Program-made: the position numbers and the translations under genes
The notes under the pieces: generated by a model
The model's input: only the letters and a program-made list of their open reading frames with translations
Database searches by the model: none
Told to the model about the DNA's origin: nothing
Shown here: in pieces, positions 33,751 to 48,785 of the stretch
Numbering within the stretch: the stretch's first letter is position 1
Layout of the letters: each line of letters opens with the position of its first letter
From: the human T2T-CHM13v2.0 reference genome, Homo sapiens
DNA length: 64,000 nt
Strand: one strand, 5' to 3'
Assembly (NCBI RefSeq): GCF_009914755.1
Contig: NC_060940.1

Positions 33751-33810
33751 CTCCTGGGGGCCTAGGTGTCGCTGGAGCCTCAGCAGCCGCGGGACGGCCC
33801 GGGGGCTCAT
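33751..33810 (-). pseudogene. URAHP: URAHP (5-hydroxyisourate hydrolase pseudogene) exon 1, MSPRAVPRLLRLQRHLGPQE, carrying PTS2 motif RL-x5-HL
   Basis: ATG at 33810 and donor GAG|GTTAGG at 33751. Phase 0 fits exon 2. Confidence 0.8.
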
Positions 33811-34014
33811 CCTGCCCTGCCGGACTGCGACGCCCGCGGGCAAAGGGAAGGGCGGGGCCGGTCACCCCGCCCCGGACCACCTCGTGCCCACCAGGAGGGC
33901 CCCAGCGGGGCTTTGCCCAGGAAGGTGCGCTGGTGGCGAATCAGGGCGCACAGACCTGGGGCCCAGAAGCGGAGTCGCGAGGACCTGCTGGGGGGTGGTG
34001 GGGGCGGGGACGGC

Positions 34015-34380
34015 GGCGGGGCCGCGGTGAGAGGGGGCGGGGCCGCGGTGAGAAGGGGCGGGACCGCGGTGAGAGGGGGCGGGGCCGCGGTGAGAGGGGG
34101 CGGGGGGCGGGGCCGCGGTGAGATGGGGCGGGGCCGCGGTGAGAGGGGGCGGGACCGCGGTGAGAGGGGGCGGGGGGCGGGGCCGCGGTGAGATGGGGCG
34201 GGGCCGCGGTGAGAGGGGGCGGGGCCGCGGTGAGAGGGGGCGGGACCGCGGTGAGAGGGGGCGGGACCGCGGTGAGAAGTGGGGGGACCGCGGTGAGAGG
34301 GGGCGGGACCGCGGTGAGAGGGGGCGGGACCGCGGTGAGAGGGAGCGGGGGGCGGGACCGCTGTGAGAGGGGGCGGGGGG
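34015..34380. repeat. G-rich ~21-bp VNTR (GGGGCGGGRCCGCGGTGAGAG) in the CpG island upstream of URAHP
   Basis: About 16 tandem units, some with insertions, read directly. Confidence 0.9.
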
Positions 34381-34699
34381 ACGGCGGGACGGGGGGATGG
34401 GGGGATGGAGGGGATGGGGGCGGGCCAGGTGGGTCCCAAGAAGACCTGCGCGAGACTGGGGACGGCGCGGGGCCCATCTCTCCCCTGGGAGGCTCAGAGG
34501 CCCGCAGGTTTCTCATGGAAGCCCCTCACAGGGTAAGTTTCCCCCGACAGGCCATGTGACCTTGCCTCGGTTTTCTCATCTGTAAAATGGGAGCAGTGGT
34601 GACTCCTCAGATTGTTGATATGGCTCCGTAGGTGAAGCTCTCTGAGCTGACCTCCCCCCCGCCCTTCCTCCCCGCAACGCGCGGTGGATGAGCGCAGGG

Positions 34700-35165
34700 T
34701 GGAGGCCCGTGCCCTGCAGAAAGTGAGAAAAGCCATAGAACTGCGTGTGCCGGCGAGTATCCATCGTTGTATCAACCTTACGTAATATACAGAGAACACA
34801 TTTTGACTATATGTTATATATGTGAAGTCCTCATTAGGGAAAGGGAGGCAGGGGAAAGCAAACAGAGAAAGCAGACAAGCTACTAGTCTGCCTTCTTCAT
34901 GCTCCAGGACACACAGCCCTCCAGACACACGGCAAATAACACATTCTTCCTGCGCCCCAGTCTCACCAGACGCCTGAAGGTTATTAACGCACACTCTCCA
35001 GCAAGGCTTTGTTTCTGTGCAGTCAGTTTCTCTTCTGCTGGCTGCCCGTCTTCTCTCTGGCAACGTATTTTCCTACTTTCTCTAGTAAATCTGCCTTCTC
35101 TTACATACAACTGTCTTGGTAAATTCTTTTATCCTCAAGCCACTGGCAGTCGTTCACCTGCCACA
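34700..35165 (+). mobile_element. Old ERV1 LTR remnant (MER34/MER39-like)
   Basis: 3' segment agtaaatctgccttctc...gtcttggtaaattctttt...gccaca resembles recalled MER34/39 ends. Confidence 0.4.
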
Positions 35166-36714
35166 ATGTATTAATGAAATAACGGACATTCTCTATTTAA
35201 AATCTGGGAAACGCTGCACCCGCATGATGGTGGACTGGCTGTCCTGCTCTGGGATCTGGGAACTTTTTTTTTTTTTGAGACGGAGTCACACTCTGTCGCC
35301 TAGGCTGGAGTGCAGTGGCACAATCTCGGCTCACTGCAACCTCCGCCTCCTTGGTTCTAGCGGTGAGTAGCTGGGATTACAAACGCCTGCCACCACGCCC
35401 AGCTAATTTTTGTAGTTTTAGTAGAGATGGGGTTTCACTGTGTTGGCCAGGCTGGTCTCGAACTACTAACCTCGTGATCAGCTCGCCTCGGCCTCCCAGA
35501 GTGCTGGGATTACAAGCGTGAGCCACCGCGCCTGGCCGGGAACTTCTTTCTTCCTGTGAAGCTGCATTTCCAGTTCTTGGGTGTTCGGCATGGGTGATTT
35601 GTAGATTAAGAATTAGGCCATTCAAAGGCAAGGGAGGAGACCCCTCTCAGCAAAGGTTGGGAGTATTCTGACTACAACTACCTTGGGACTAGTTAGGAAA
35701 CATCTATTTGGGATCCACACACACGACATTTGTTGTGGCTTCTGTTTATAGGAGATAATCCTAAAGAGAGGCTCACAACTGTTATGGCAAATGCCCATGG
35801 GTGCCAGAGGCCAGAGACAACCAGACTGGCCCCAGTGGGGAAAATTCCATAAACGCCAGGATACTCTGCAGCCCTTTAAAAAGCATGAGGCCCATTTGTG
35901 TGTAAGATGAGAATTCTCCTGGAAAAACAACTAGTGACAAAGGACAAAACAGTGTGTAAGAGGGGGGAAGCTTGTAAATTCGTATCTAGCTTTCACTGAA
36001 TTGCAAGGATTAGCTAATTCAATCCTCATAACAACCTCCTGGTGTATTGTTGTCCCTACCTTACAAAGCAGGAAACTGAGGCACAGGGAGGCCATATATT
36101 GGAATATTTCACAATAGGATACACAAAACAGTCATCCCAGTGACCACCTCTCGAGATAAGCAGTTGCAGATGGAGTATATTTATTTTGACTCTTTAACAT
36201 TTTGTACTCTGAGAAATTCTAGTGGGCTTGTATTACTTTTTCGAAAGTCTCAAATGTTATAAATAAAGTGACAAAGCAATGATCAGTCCTTTTGGGGGTT
36301 GCCACGTAACCTCCCCCCTCTCCTGAGACTCTCCCTGCATAGGAGAAGCTAGTGGCCTATGGAGGGAGAATGGCAGACCAAGGGGTTGTCAGAATTCCTC
36401 TCCTGGCCTCTTCAGGGTAACCCCCCACCCGTCTTGCTCCCACCTAGACCAAGAGGGACTGCAGGGTCCCCTTTCCCAGGGAAACTGAGACCCTCAGCCA
36501 TGCCTGACCTCCTGGCATCTGCCCCTTTCTGAAAACCAGGGTCACCACTGGGATGTCATGTGCTCTAGAAACTTCCTTAATGAGATGAGCAGGCTCCACA
36601 CCCCAGGGCCTTTTTTTTGGAGATAGAGTCTTGCTGGAGTGTAGTGGCATGATCTCGGCTTACTGCAACCTCCGCATCCTGGGCTCAAGCAATTCTCCTG
36701 CCTCAGCCTCCTGA

Positions 36715-37011
<297 letters not shown>

Positions 37012-37451
37012 TAAGGTATAATAAAATACAAAAACATTTCAAAATTATAAAGATGTCTGCAGTGTGTGGTCTGAGATATCGAGTAAAGACACACTGTACG
37101 GCCTGAACAACACTTTTCTGTCTGTAGAGCCAACCTCCTCTCTATGACTCATTGGAACACTTATTTTATTTTGTGGAATGAAGTGTTGCCTGATTCTAGA
37201 ATTGCAAATGAGGTCAATTGAGATCTTTAAACTGAGTTTGTTGTAGTTTTGTCTTCAAACAGGATTCTGTTCTCCTGCAGAGACTGGGAGATAGAGGCCT
37301 CACCCTTCCTGATGATTACCTTTCAAAGGGAGGGCTCTCAGGCCTTGAGAGAGGCCCTTCTGAGTTGCAAGACATATTTACAAACAGTAAGCTTTTTAGT
37401 ACATGCTCCAAGAAAGGGAGGTTGGGGCCTATCATCAGAAGTTGGCTAGAG

Positions 37452-37924
37452 CAGAGGTCCCCAAGCGGGCCACATAGTAGGAGGTGAGTGCACGGGCAAG
37501 CGAGCAAACGAAGCTTCATCTGTAGCTTCAGCTGCTCCCCATCGGTTGCATTACCTCCTGAGCCCGCCTCCAGTAAGATCAGCAGCAGCATTTGATTCTG
37601 ATAGGAGCACGAACCCTATTGTGAACCGCGCATGTGAGGGATCTAGGTTGTGTGCTCCTTAATGAGACTCTAAGGCCTGATGATCTGTCACTGTCTCCCA
37701 GATGGGACCGTCTAGTTGCAGGAAAACAAGCTCAGGGCTCCCACTGATTCTACATTATGGTGAGTTGTATAATTATTTCATTATATATTACAATGCAATA
37801 ATAATAGAAACAAAATGCACTATAAATGTGCATTTGAATCATCCCAACCCTCCCCTCAGCCCATCTGTGGAAAAATTGTCTTCCATGAATCCGGTCCCTG
37901 GTGCCAAAAAGTTTGGGGACACCT
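37452..37924. mobile_element. MER1-like hAT/Charlie DNA transposon remnant
   Basis: Terminal inverted cagaggtcccc ... ggggacacctg and characteristic MER1 interior. Confidence 0.7.
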
Positions 37925-38329
37925 GGGCTGGAGCATGGTAAAATTTCCTTCCTGCACAGAGCTTTTGTTTTAATGGAAGCCGTAAGGGTGGAAGTGCTGC
38001 TGGGTCATCCTGGGGGCGCAGCCCTACGCTGCTGGAAGCTATGCTGGAGTACTTCTGACGAGTCTCCTAGTGTGAGGGTTTGGATGAGTTGTCATGTGCT
38101 GAGGGTTCTGCAGTTCTCTGTGGGTCCTTGTTCACTTAATTGGCCCCTAATAATTGTTTCTGAGTGCAGAAACTAAATTTAAACTTCATTTCACACATAC
38201 TGCCTCTAGCCATTTCTCTACTGCCTCATATATTTTGGGGAGTTTCAGCTTGACTGAATCAATCTCAGCTGATCCCTTTTATTCTCATAGGAAAAATCAC
38301 TCAGGGCACTTCTACATGTGTTCTTTAGG

Positions 38330-39795
38330 TTCGTCAACTGAAGAATCATGAGGTTTCCCAGATTTGGAAAGGAAAGCTTTATTTCTCATAAAGAGTTGCA
38401 GCCTGGTCATTTGGACAGGCTGGAAAGCATAGCCTCTGGCCAGAAGCCAGAAATAGGCTCTTCAAGGGACAGAAGAATAAGATGGGGATTTCACTGGATG
38501 GCTTGGCCAAATATACATACCCCCATAAGGTATACGAGAACTCATGAATATGTATGAGAGGAGAAATGTGTGCATTCATGATTGAGCTTCCTGCCTCTCC
38601 CTGGGTCCAGTGTTCAAAAAATGGCACTGTTAGCATGACTCAAGGGTGGAGTTTTTGGGCCTCCGACCTCCAAGGTGAAGTAGCGGATGCAACGACCCTC
38701 ACTATGCATTCTGTGTAGACCGGCCGGAACCACTGCCTGGTCATTCTCTGTAGACCGGCCGCAACCACTGCCTGGTCATTCTCTGTAGACCGGCCGGAAC
38801 CACTGCCTGGTCATTCTCTGTAGACCGGCCGGAACCACTGCCTGGTGAATCTCTGTAGACCGGCCGGAACCACTGCCTGGTGAATCTCTGTAGACCGGCC
38901 GGAACCACTGCCTGGTGAATCTCTGTAGACCGGCCGGAACCACTGCCTGGTGAATCTCTGTAGACCGGCCGGAACCACTGCCTGGTCATTCTCTGTAGAC
39001 CGGCCGGAACCACTGCCTGATCATTCTCTGTAGACCGGCCGGAAGCACTGCCTGGTCATTCTCTGTAGACCGGCCGGAACCACTGCCTGGTGAATCTCTG
39101 TAGACCGGCCGGAACCACTGCCTGGTGAATCTCTGTAGACCGGCCGGAACCACTGCCTGGTGAATCTCTGTAGACCGGCCGGAACCACTGCCTGGTGAAT
39201 CTCTGTAGACCGGCCGGAACCACTGCCTGGTGAATCTCTGTAGACCGGCCGGAACCACTGCCTGGTGAATCTCTGTAGACCGGCCGGAACCACTGCCTGA
39301 TCATTCTCTGTAGACCGGCCGGAAGCACTGCCTGGTCATTCTCTGTAGACCGGCCGGAACCACTGCTTGGTGAATCTCTGTAGACCGGCCGGAACCACTG
39401 CCTGGTGAATCTCTGTAGACTGGCCGGAACCACTGCCTGGTCATTCTCTGTAGACAGGCTAGAACGAATGCCTGGTCATTCTGTGTAGACTGGCTGGAAC
39501 TACTGCCTGGTCGATGGTCTTTCAGCAGGGAGGAATGCTGGTTAGTTGTGTTGAAACCGCAAAAATGGAAGGGCCATAGTCTGGCACTTGGTTGATGTCA
39601 GTGGTGGAGTCTCCCCAAAGGGCTGATTGCTGTTTAGCCCTTTGGGAAGAAAGCCTCATGGTGGTTAGTGAGGAAGGGGGTATAACAAGGTGTGTCTGGG
39701 CTCCTGTCCAGTCATGGCTGGGAACTCAGTTTTCAGACTTTCTCTGGAGTGCCCTTGGCAACAAGGGTTTCTGTTCAATGAGTTGTGGGGTTGTT
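38330..39795 (-). mobile_element. ERV1-type LTR (MER66-like) hosting the 35-bp VNTR
   Basis: LTR-like sequence (tcaactgaagaatcatgagg...ctttatttctcataaag) continues on both sides of the VNTR. The family is recalled, not searched. Confidence 0.55.
38708..39513. repeat. 35-bp VNTR (CTCTGTAGACCGGCCGGAACCACTGCCTGGTSAWT), about 23 copies
   Basis: Near-perfect head-to-tail units with no spacers. Confidence 0.95.
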
Positions 39796-39870
39796 TGTGT
39801 GTGTGTTGGCTGGGTGTGATGGCTCACACCTGTAATCCCAGCACTTTGGGAGGCCAAGGCAGGCAGATCA

Positions 39871-42322
<2,452 letters not shown>

Positions 42323-42806
42323 GAGGGCTTATGATTTTATTTTTACTTCTCAGATTATGTTTTAGTAGAAGAAAAGAGCTAAGTGAGCCTGGTGCGGTGG
42401 CTCACACCTGTAATCCCAGCACTTTGGGAGGCTGAGGTGGGTGAATCACGAGGTCAGGCATTCGAGACCAGCCTGGCCAACATGGTGAAATGCCATCTCT
42501 ACTGAAAATACAAAAAATTAGCAGGGTGTGGTGGTGGGTGACTGTAATCCCAGCTACTCTGGAGGCTGAGGCAGGAGAATCACTGAATGTAGGAGACGGA
42601 GGTTGCAGTGACCTGAGATCACACCACTGCACTCCAGCCTGGGGAACAGAGTGAGACTCTGTCTCAGAAAAAAAAAAAGAAAAGGAAAGAGAGCTAAGTG
42701 TAGCTGTGGCAGGCCAGGTCTCACTAACACCAGCCTCCATTACAACTGTCTCAGCACTGACTGAGTAGTTAGGTTAAATATTAAAAGCTAATTGAACCAG
42801 TGCTCT

Positions 42807-43293
42807 TGTAGCAGGATGAGCCGCAGACGAAACCCCTCAGACACAGAGTTAAAGAAGGAAGCGGTTTATTCGGCCAGGAGCATCAGCAAGACTGCTGTCT
42901 CAAGAGCCGAGCTCCCCGAGTGAGCAATTCCTGTCCCTTTTAAGGGCTCACAACTCTAAGGGGGTCCACGTGAGAGGGTCGTGATCGATTGAGCAAGCAG
43001 GGGGTAGGTGACAGGGGCTGCATGCACCGATGGTCAGAGTGGAACAGAACAGACCGGGAAGTTTCACAATGTCTTTCTATAATCTATAGATAACATCAGT
43101 TGCTAGGTCAGGGGTCGAATTTTAACTACCAGGCTTAGGTCAGGCCGGCCCAGGCCTGGTTTCGGGTCTGGTTCCTTGGTTTCAGGTCTGGTTCCTAGGC
43201 GCCAGGCTACCTGCCTTTAGTTTTGCTTCTTTTTCCTTTTCTGAGTATAAAACAATATAAAACAGTATGAGAGGGTCTGTCTCTCTTCTCTCA
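42807..43293 (-). mobile_element. Solo LTR (LTR6-like, HERV-S71 family), same orientation as PRDM7
   Basis: TG...CA termini and AATAAA(-) at 42870-42865. The minus-strand start TGAGAGAAGAGAGACAGACCCTCTC is recalled as LTR6. It is preceded by ~100 bp of another LTR (42705-42806). Confidence 0.65.
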
Positions 43294-44120
43294 GAGTATT
43301 CAATTTCCTTAGGATTTTGAGCGTTATTCCTAATACACCCTTGAAACCCCCACACTCACACAGATACGTACACAGAGGGCACATACCCCCACACCCATGC
43401 ATGCAGGCTTAACACACATAGCACACGTGAACACATATATACACACATGCGTGTTCCTGTCTGGCGTTCACTTCTGGGGCTACAGAGATTGGAGGAAATC
43501 AGGAGAGGAGACAGGGGGAGCCAAGGGGGAGTATGGCAGCAGAGGAGAGGGGTCCATTAGAAGAGGTCACACTTCCCAGGAGACCAGGGAGCTCTCTTTC
43601 CTGCTGCGACTCTGTAAAACCCTACATTTCTCTTCCTGGACTTGGGAATCGATTCTCCAATAATTAAACCAGATGGACTCCAAGTTTATGTCTTTCTGGG
43701 GTTGAATTCCTGTGGAGACTTGAACTGAACGTTTGAGTTCTCTGTGGCCCTTCTGGACTCTTCCTTCCTTCAGTGATAAGGGAAGAATGAGGTACACACT
43801 TGGGGTTCAGATATGTATGGAGACAAAATTAATTAGAACAGGAGGCAAAACACAAAAAATGGAGGGGATCAGTGCGGGAAACAACCACACATGTTGACGT
43901 CCCCCGAACACTTACAGAACTATCCCCTGTTCTTCCTCAACTCTAGTCATGAAAGTGGCGGATTTGTTTAATTAGTTATTTCCGATCTCTTTACACTCTC
44001 GGGGAATGTAAGGGGTTAGCAGACTTTCGCTGAAGCCACCTCAGAGCTGGGGTGTGCAAGTGTGTGGTGATCACGTTTGTCTTCTTGTGGCTATTGAGAT
44101 AAGGTTTTATTACTAATGAC

Positions 44121-44395
44121 TTACTCATCCTTCCTGCAGACTGGGGCTTCTCCCCTGTGTGTCCTCTGGTGAATGAGGAGGACTGACTTCCGGCTAAAGC
44201 CCCGCTCACACTCTCTGCAGACATAAGGCTTCTCCCCTGTGTGTGTCCTCTGGTGACTGAGGAGGTCTGACTTCCGGCTAAAGCCCTCCCACACTCTCTG
44301 CAGACGTAGGGCTTCCCCCCTGTGTGTGTCCTTTGGTGTGTAATAACATCTGACTTATCACTGAAACCTTGCCCACACTCTCCATATTTGACTTT
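44121..44395 (-). pseudogene. PRDM7: Relic PRDM9-type 84-bp C2H2 zinc-finger array (about 3 fingers plus a stub), frameshifted
   Basis: HQRTHTG(G/E)KPYVCREC repeats; 1-nt loss near 44287; ancestral ...VCRKDE TAA at 44123-44121; AATAAA(-) at 44111-44106. Confidence 0.88.
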
Positions 44396-44571
44396 CGCAA
44401 TTCTTGAGATTCCTACCCCCACAAATAATTTGCCTGTGTTCCCTGGATTCACTTTCTGGCCTGTTCTGGACTCTTCTTCCATCATTCTTTCTCCCACTCT
44501 AGAGCTCCCCATTTGTCCTTTGGGTGGGCTAGAAAAGGCCCTTGAAATCTCCCTCTGCCATGTCCTTTTAT

Positions 44572-44817
44572 TCAAGAGTTTGGACCTTTCTTTGATCTCT
44601 TGACCTTTGGTTTTGTCATTACAGCAGCGTGGATCAGAATATTGCCGCTCCTGATTCTGATCCCCTGGGCAGGGATTCTCTGGTTGGAGAAGTTTTCTTG
44701 CAGATGGTCCTGGGAAGTTCTGAGAGGAGTGATTGCGTTCCACATGTTGACTGAGAAATTTTTGACTTGAAAAGGCCAGACAGCATGAGGGACATGGATG
44801 GATCTCTGGCTTTGGTT
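44572..44817 (-). CDS. PRDM7: PRDM7 last coding exon read in the shifted frame (NQSQRSIH...KKGPNS*); 492 aa in total
   Basis: cag|AAC at 44817 and TGA at 44574-44572. The ten exons sum to 1479 nt. Confidence 0.92.
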   Translation of the reverse strand, partial: NQSQRSIHVPHAVWPFQVKNFSVNMWNAITPLRTSQDHLQENFSNQRIPAQGIRIRSGNILIHAAVMTKPKVKRSKKGPNS

Positions 44818-45931
44818 CTGAAAGAGGAAGTTTTTGGTCAGGGTAGATGTTTTGTTCAGGCCTTACTACATATGAAGGTATGAAGATCAAATGAAGAACC
44901 AGTCATTCTTCATATGTTAACAATGCAAGCTCTCTCCCACCAAGTGCTGGATGGACCTTTACAGTCCATTTTTCCATTCCACTTTTATTCACTACATCTT
45001 AAAAAATCCAGAAATCCCACATCTTGGGCCTTTTCTACGTATCAGCCAGACTCTGGGTAACCTCAAGCAGCATCAGGGGCAGCATCATTCCTTACATAGA
45101 TGGAACTGCAGTGACCTTTCCCCCATGCCACAGGTATCTTCCAAGTCCTGTAAAGCCTTCCCTGATCACCTCTGCCACATGCTCCCTCCCTGGGCCCTGG
45201 GCACTTTTGCGACGCGAGGTTTTCAGCTATTTTATTCTATTGAGAAATAACACTCTTGATGACTTAGGTGAGATTGTCCTTAGTGACTTCCTAAGAGGGG
45301 AAAAGGATCTATTAGGAGCACTCAGCCTGGAGATCCACAAATGTGGTTAAAGAGATGTGTTAGCAAATCTGAATTTGAGTATCCTCATTCAAAAGGACAT
45401 ATTTAATTGAGGACTGTTATGTGCCCGGTTCTCCATCAGGAAGTGTGATTCAGGTTGGCCAACACAGAGTGGTCCAGGTCCCACTGACTAAAGGACTGTG
45501 GGTCCTGCTGCGCCAACTAGGTGCATGGACTGCTTCTGTTTCAGATTCCACAAATCATAAAATGAGAATATGCTCTTTGTCAGGCTGCACATCAAGTATT
45601 CATGTCTGAGTTATTTCATTCAGTCTGAACCCATTTTAAATATAATAGGAAGTCTTGTTTCAAAATATATCCCTACTCAGGCTTACCGCCATGCTCCCCA
45701 CCTTCATCCTGCCCACCATTTTCTCTCACTTGGAAACTGGAGCAGCTCTGAAGGGATGACCCATGGCAGCCTATTTTCCAAAAATGAACCAAAGCTGAAC
45801 TCTTTCTGGCCTCAGGACCATTGCACTAGCTGCGCCCTGTGCCTGGAATCCTTGGCCCACAGGCACTTGCACTTCTCAAATGCTGTCTCCTAAGAGAAAT
45901 CTTCCCTGACAATCCCCTGCAACACTCTACT

Positions 45932-46046
45932 GTCACCTCACACTGACCCCCAGGTCTCACACTGACCTCAGGTCTCACACTGACCCCCAGGTCTCACACT
46001 GACCTCAGCTCTCACACCGATCCCAGGTCTCACACTGATCCCAGGT
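45932..46046. repeat. 19-20-bp minisatellite (CAGGTCTCACACTGACCCC), about 6 copies
   Basis: Directly visible in the last PRDM7 intron. Confidence 0.85.
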
Positions 46047-46560
46047 ATTCTTTCTGGATTCATTTTCTTCAAAGCACTAATCGCCGTCTGATATTACACA
46101 TATGTCTGTGTGTATTCGTACGGTTCCCTAATTCACAAGTTATCTGTTCAAGAGCAGTTTTTTTGATTGTCTTCATCAGTCTGTATTTACACTTCCTGCA
46201 ACATCGTCTGGCACAGAGTAGGAACTCACATGACAGCTAATTGAGATAATGAATGAATGAATAACAACATATGCGTATCATTAAGAAATATCAAGGAAAT
46301 GCCAGAAGAAACTACCTTGTTGGGAGAGCTGGTAGGTGTTTGAGAACTTGATTTTTGTCTTTAAGTCTTTGAGCACTGTATGCTGTTATATACTTTGTGC
46401 ATGAAGTACTTTGAATATAAAATCGGAACAAAGATTTAAAAATATAAAAACTGTTCCAAAGAGGCAAAGGCATATAACATGAATCTTTAATTTTGGAAGC
46501 CACTGATGTAAAATTTTACTGACTTTAGACGGCGTTTTACTCTACTTAAGAGTTCAATCA

Positions 46561-47010
<450 letters not shown>

Positions 47011-47733
47011 TCAGCCATTTTTTCAAAGCCCAACTCCAGACTTACCTCCACCTTGATTGGCCATAAAACACATTGACCTCTAGCTTCTCTAAACTCTAAA
47101 TTAATTCTGTTTTATACCACAGAACTTGGTGCTTGATCACGTTGCTCTGCTTCTAGATTAGCTCACATCATTCTACACTCAGCTCAAGTCCATCTTTCTT
47201 TGACAGGCCTTCCTCTAATCACCCTACAGTTCACTCAGCTGCCATTCACCTGACTTCTTCAGATTCCTAGAGAAACTCAGAAGTCTCTTTCTCTTGGCCC
47301 AATAACATAGAACAGTAATAGTTGATTCATTTTTCTATTCTCTGATAGAACGACAGCCCATTGTGGAAAGGGGCTGGGTCATCCTGCAGTTCACTTCTGT
47401 TCAAGTAGTGAACTTCACTTCCTAACCTGGAACATACTAAGTGTTTAACAAATGTGGATTACATAAATTAAAGCATGAATTAACCTTATCAAGGTTTATC
47501 TTGGTGCCTCAATTTTGTCTAGCATACATATTTGTGTTTTGATACCAATAAATCATAATATCTATATTTTTATTTTTTATTTCTAAAAGTTGATGGTATA
47601 AAACAGCATTGTATGGAGAAAAATAGAAATAGGGGATGTGAAAATCATTGAGGGAGGCATAATGAGAAGGAAGGAAGTCCGGGTTTGTGAGAGATGGAGG
47701 TTCTCTCTGAAACTAAGAGACCTAGTGGCCTTA

Positions 47734-47832
<99 letters not shown>

Positions 47833-48122
47833 TTAGAGGGTAAAAATCCGAAGAATTATTTTACTCCACGGTCATCAATGGCCTTTGGACCTGCAGAGCT
47901 TCAACTGCCAACTGAGACCACATGGCATGCACCTTAGTCATCATCTACACATCTGAGTTGGTTTGTCCAATCAGAGCAGAAGCTCCAAAAGGGAGGATGC
48001 ACTTCTTTGTCTTTGTACCACTCTGCTCCCATGTACCCTGTGATCTCTAAATAGGAGTTCCATGTTCATGCAAAGACCCTTGAGTACACAGAGCTAACGA
48101 TGTTATCCCTACCTATATCCTA

Positions 48123-48497
<375 letters not shown>

Positions 48498-48683
48498 TTA
48501 GGAAAGTTGTAATGCATGTTCCTTGATATAAGAGCTTCAGAAAGAGCGTGGCACTCACATTATTTAGCCCCAATCCTGTACTTTAATTCATTCGAGTAAG
48601 GGAATGATTTGTGGGCCAAATGATGAAATTATTGTACCAGGACATAACAGCAAGCTGTGTGAGTGGCTGAAAGGGTCACTCAC

Positions 48684-48785
48684 AGAGGTAGTCATCATCC
48701 TGTGGCTCGCTGATCTCTTTGTATGCATGACCCTTTCTTTCTCGCAGGCTATACATCTTTCCTTCAGTCTCCTTCCTCCTGAGTT
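48684..48785 (-). CDS. PRDM7: PRDM7 SSXRD exon ([34 protein letters not shown])
   Basis: tag|AA...T|gtgagt; 102 nt; SSXRD motif LRERK..Y.EISEP. Confidence 0.94.

Noticed and set aside
33766-34559. Several Pro-, Gly- or Arg-rich ORFs of 120-210 aa
   Set aside because: Translations of the 21-bp G-rich VNTR.
38708-39513. 35-bp repeat with a palindromic core resembling a CRISPR array
   Set aside because: Units are head-to-tail with no unique spacers, there are no cas genes and the context is human. It is a VNTR.
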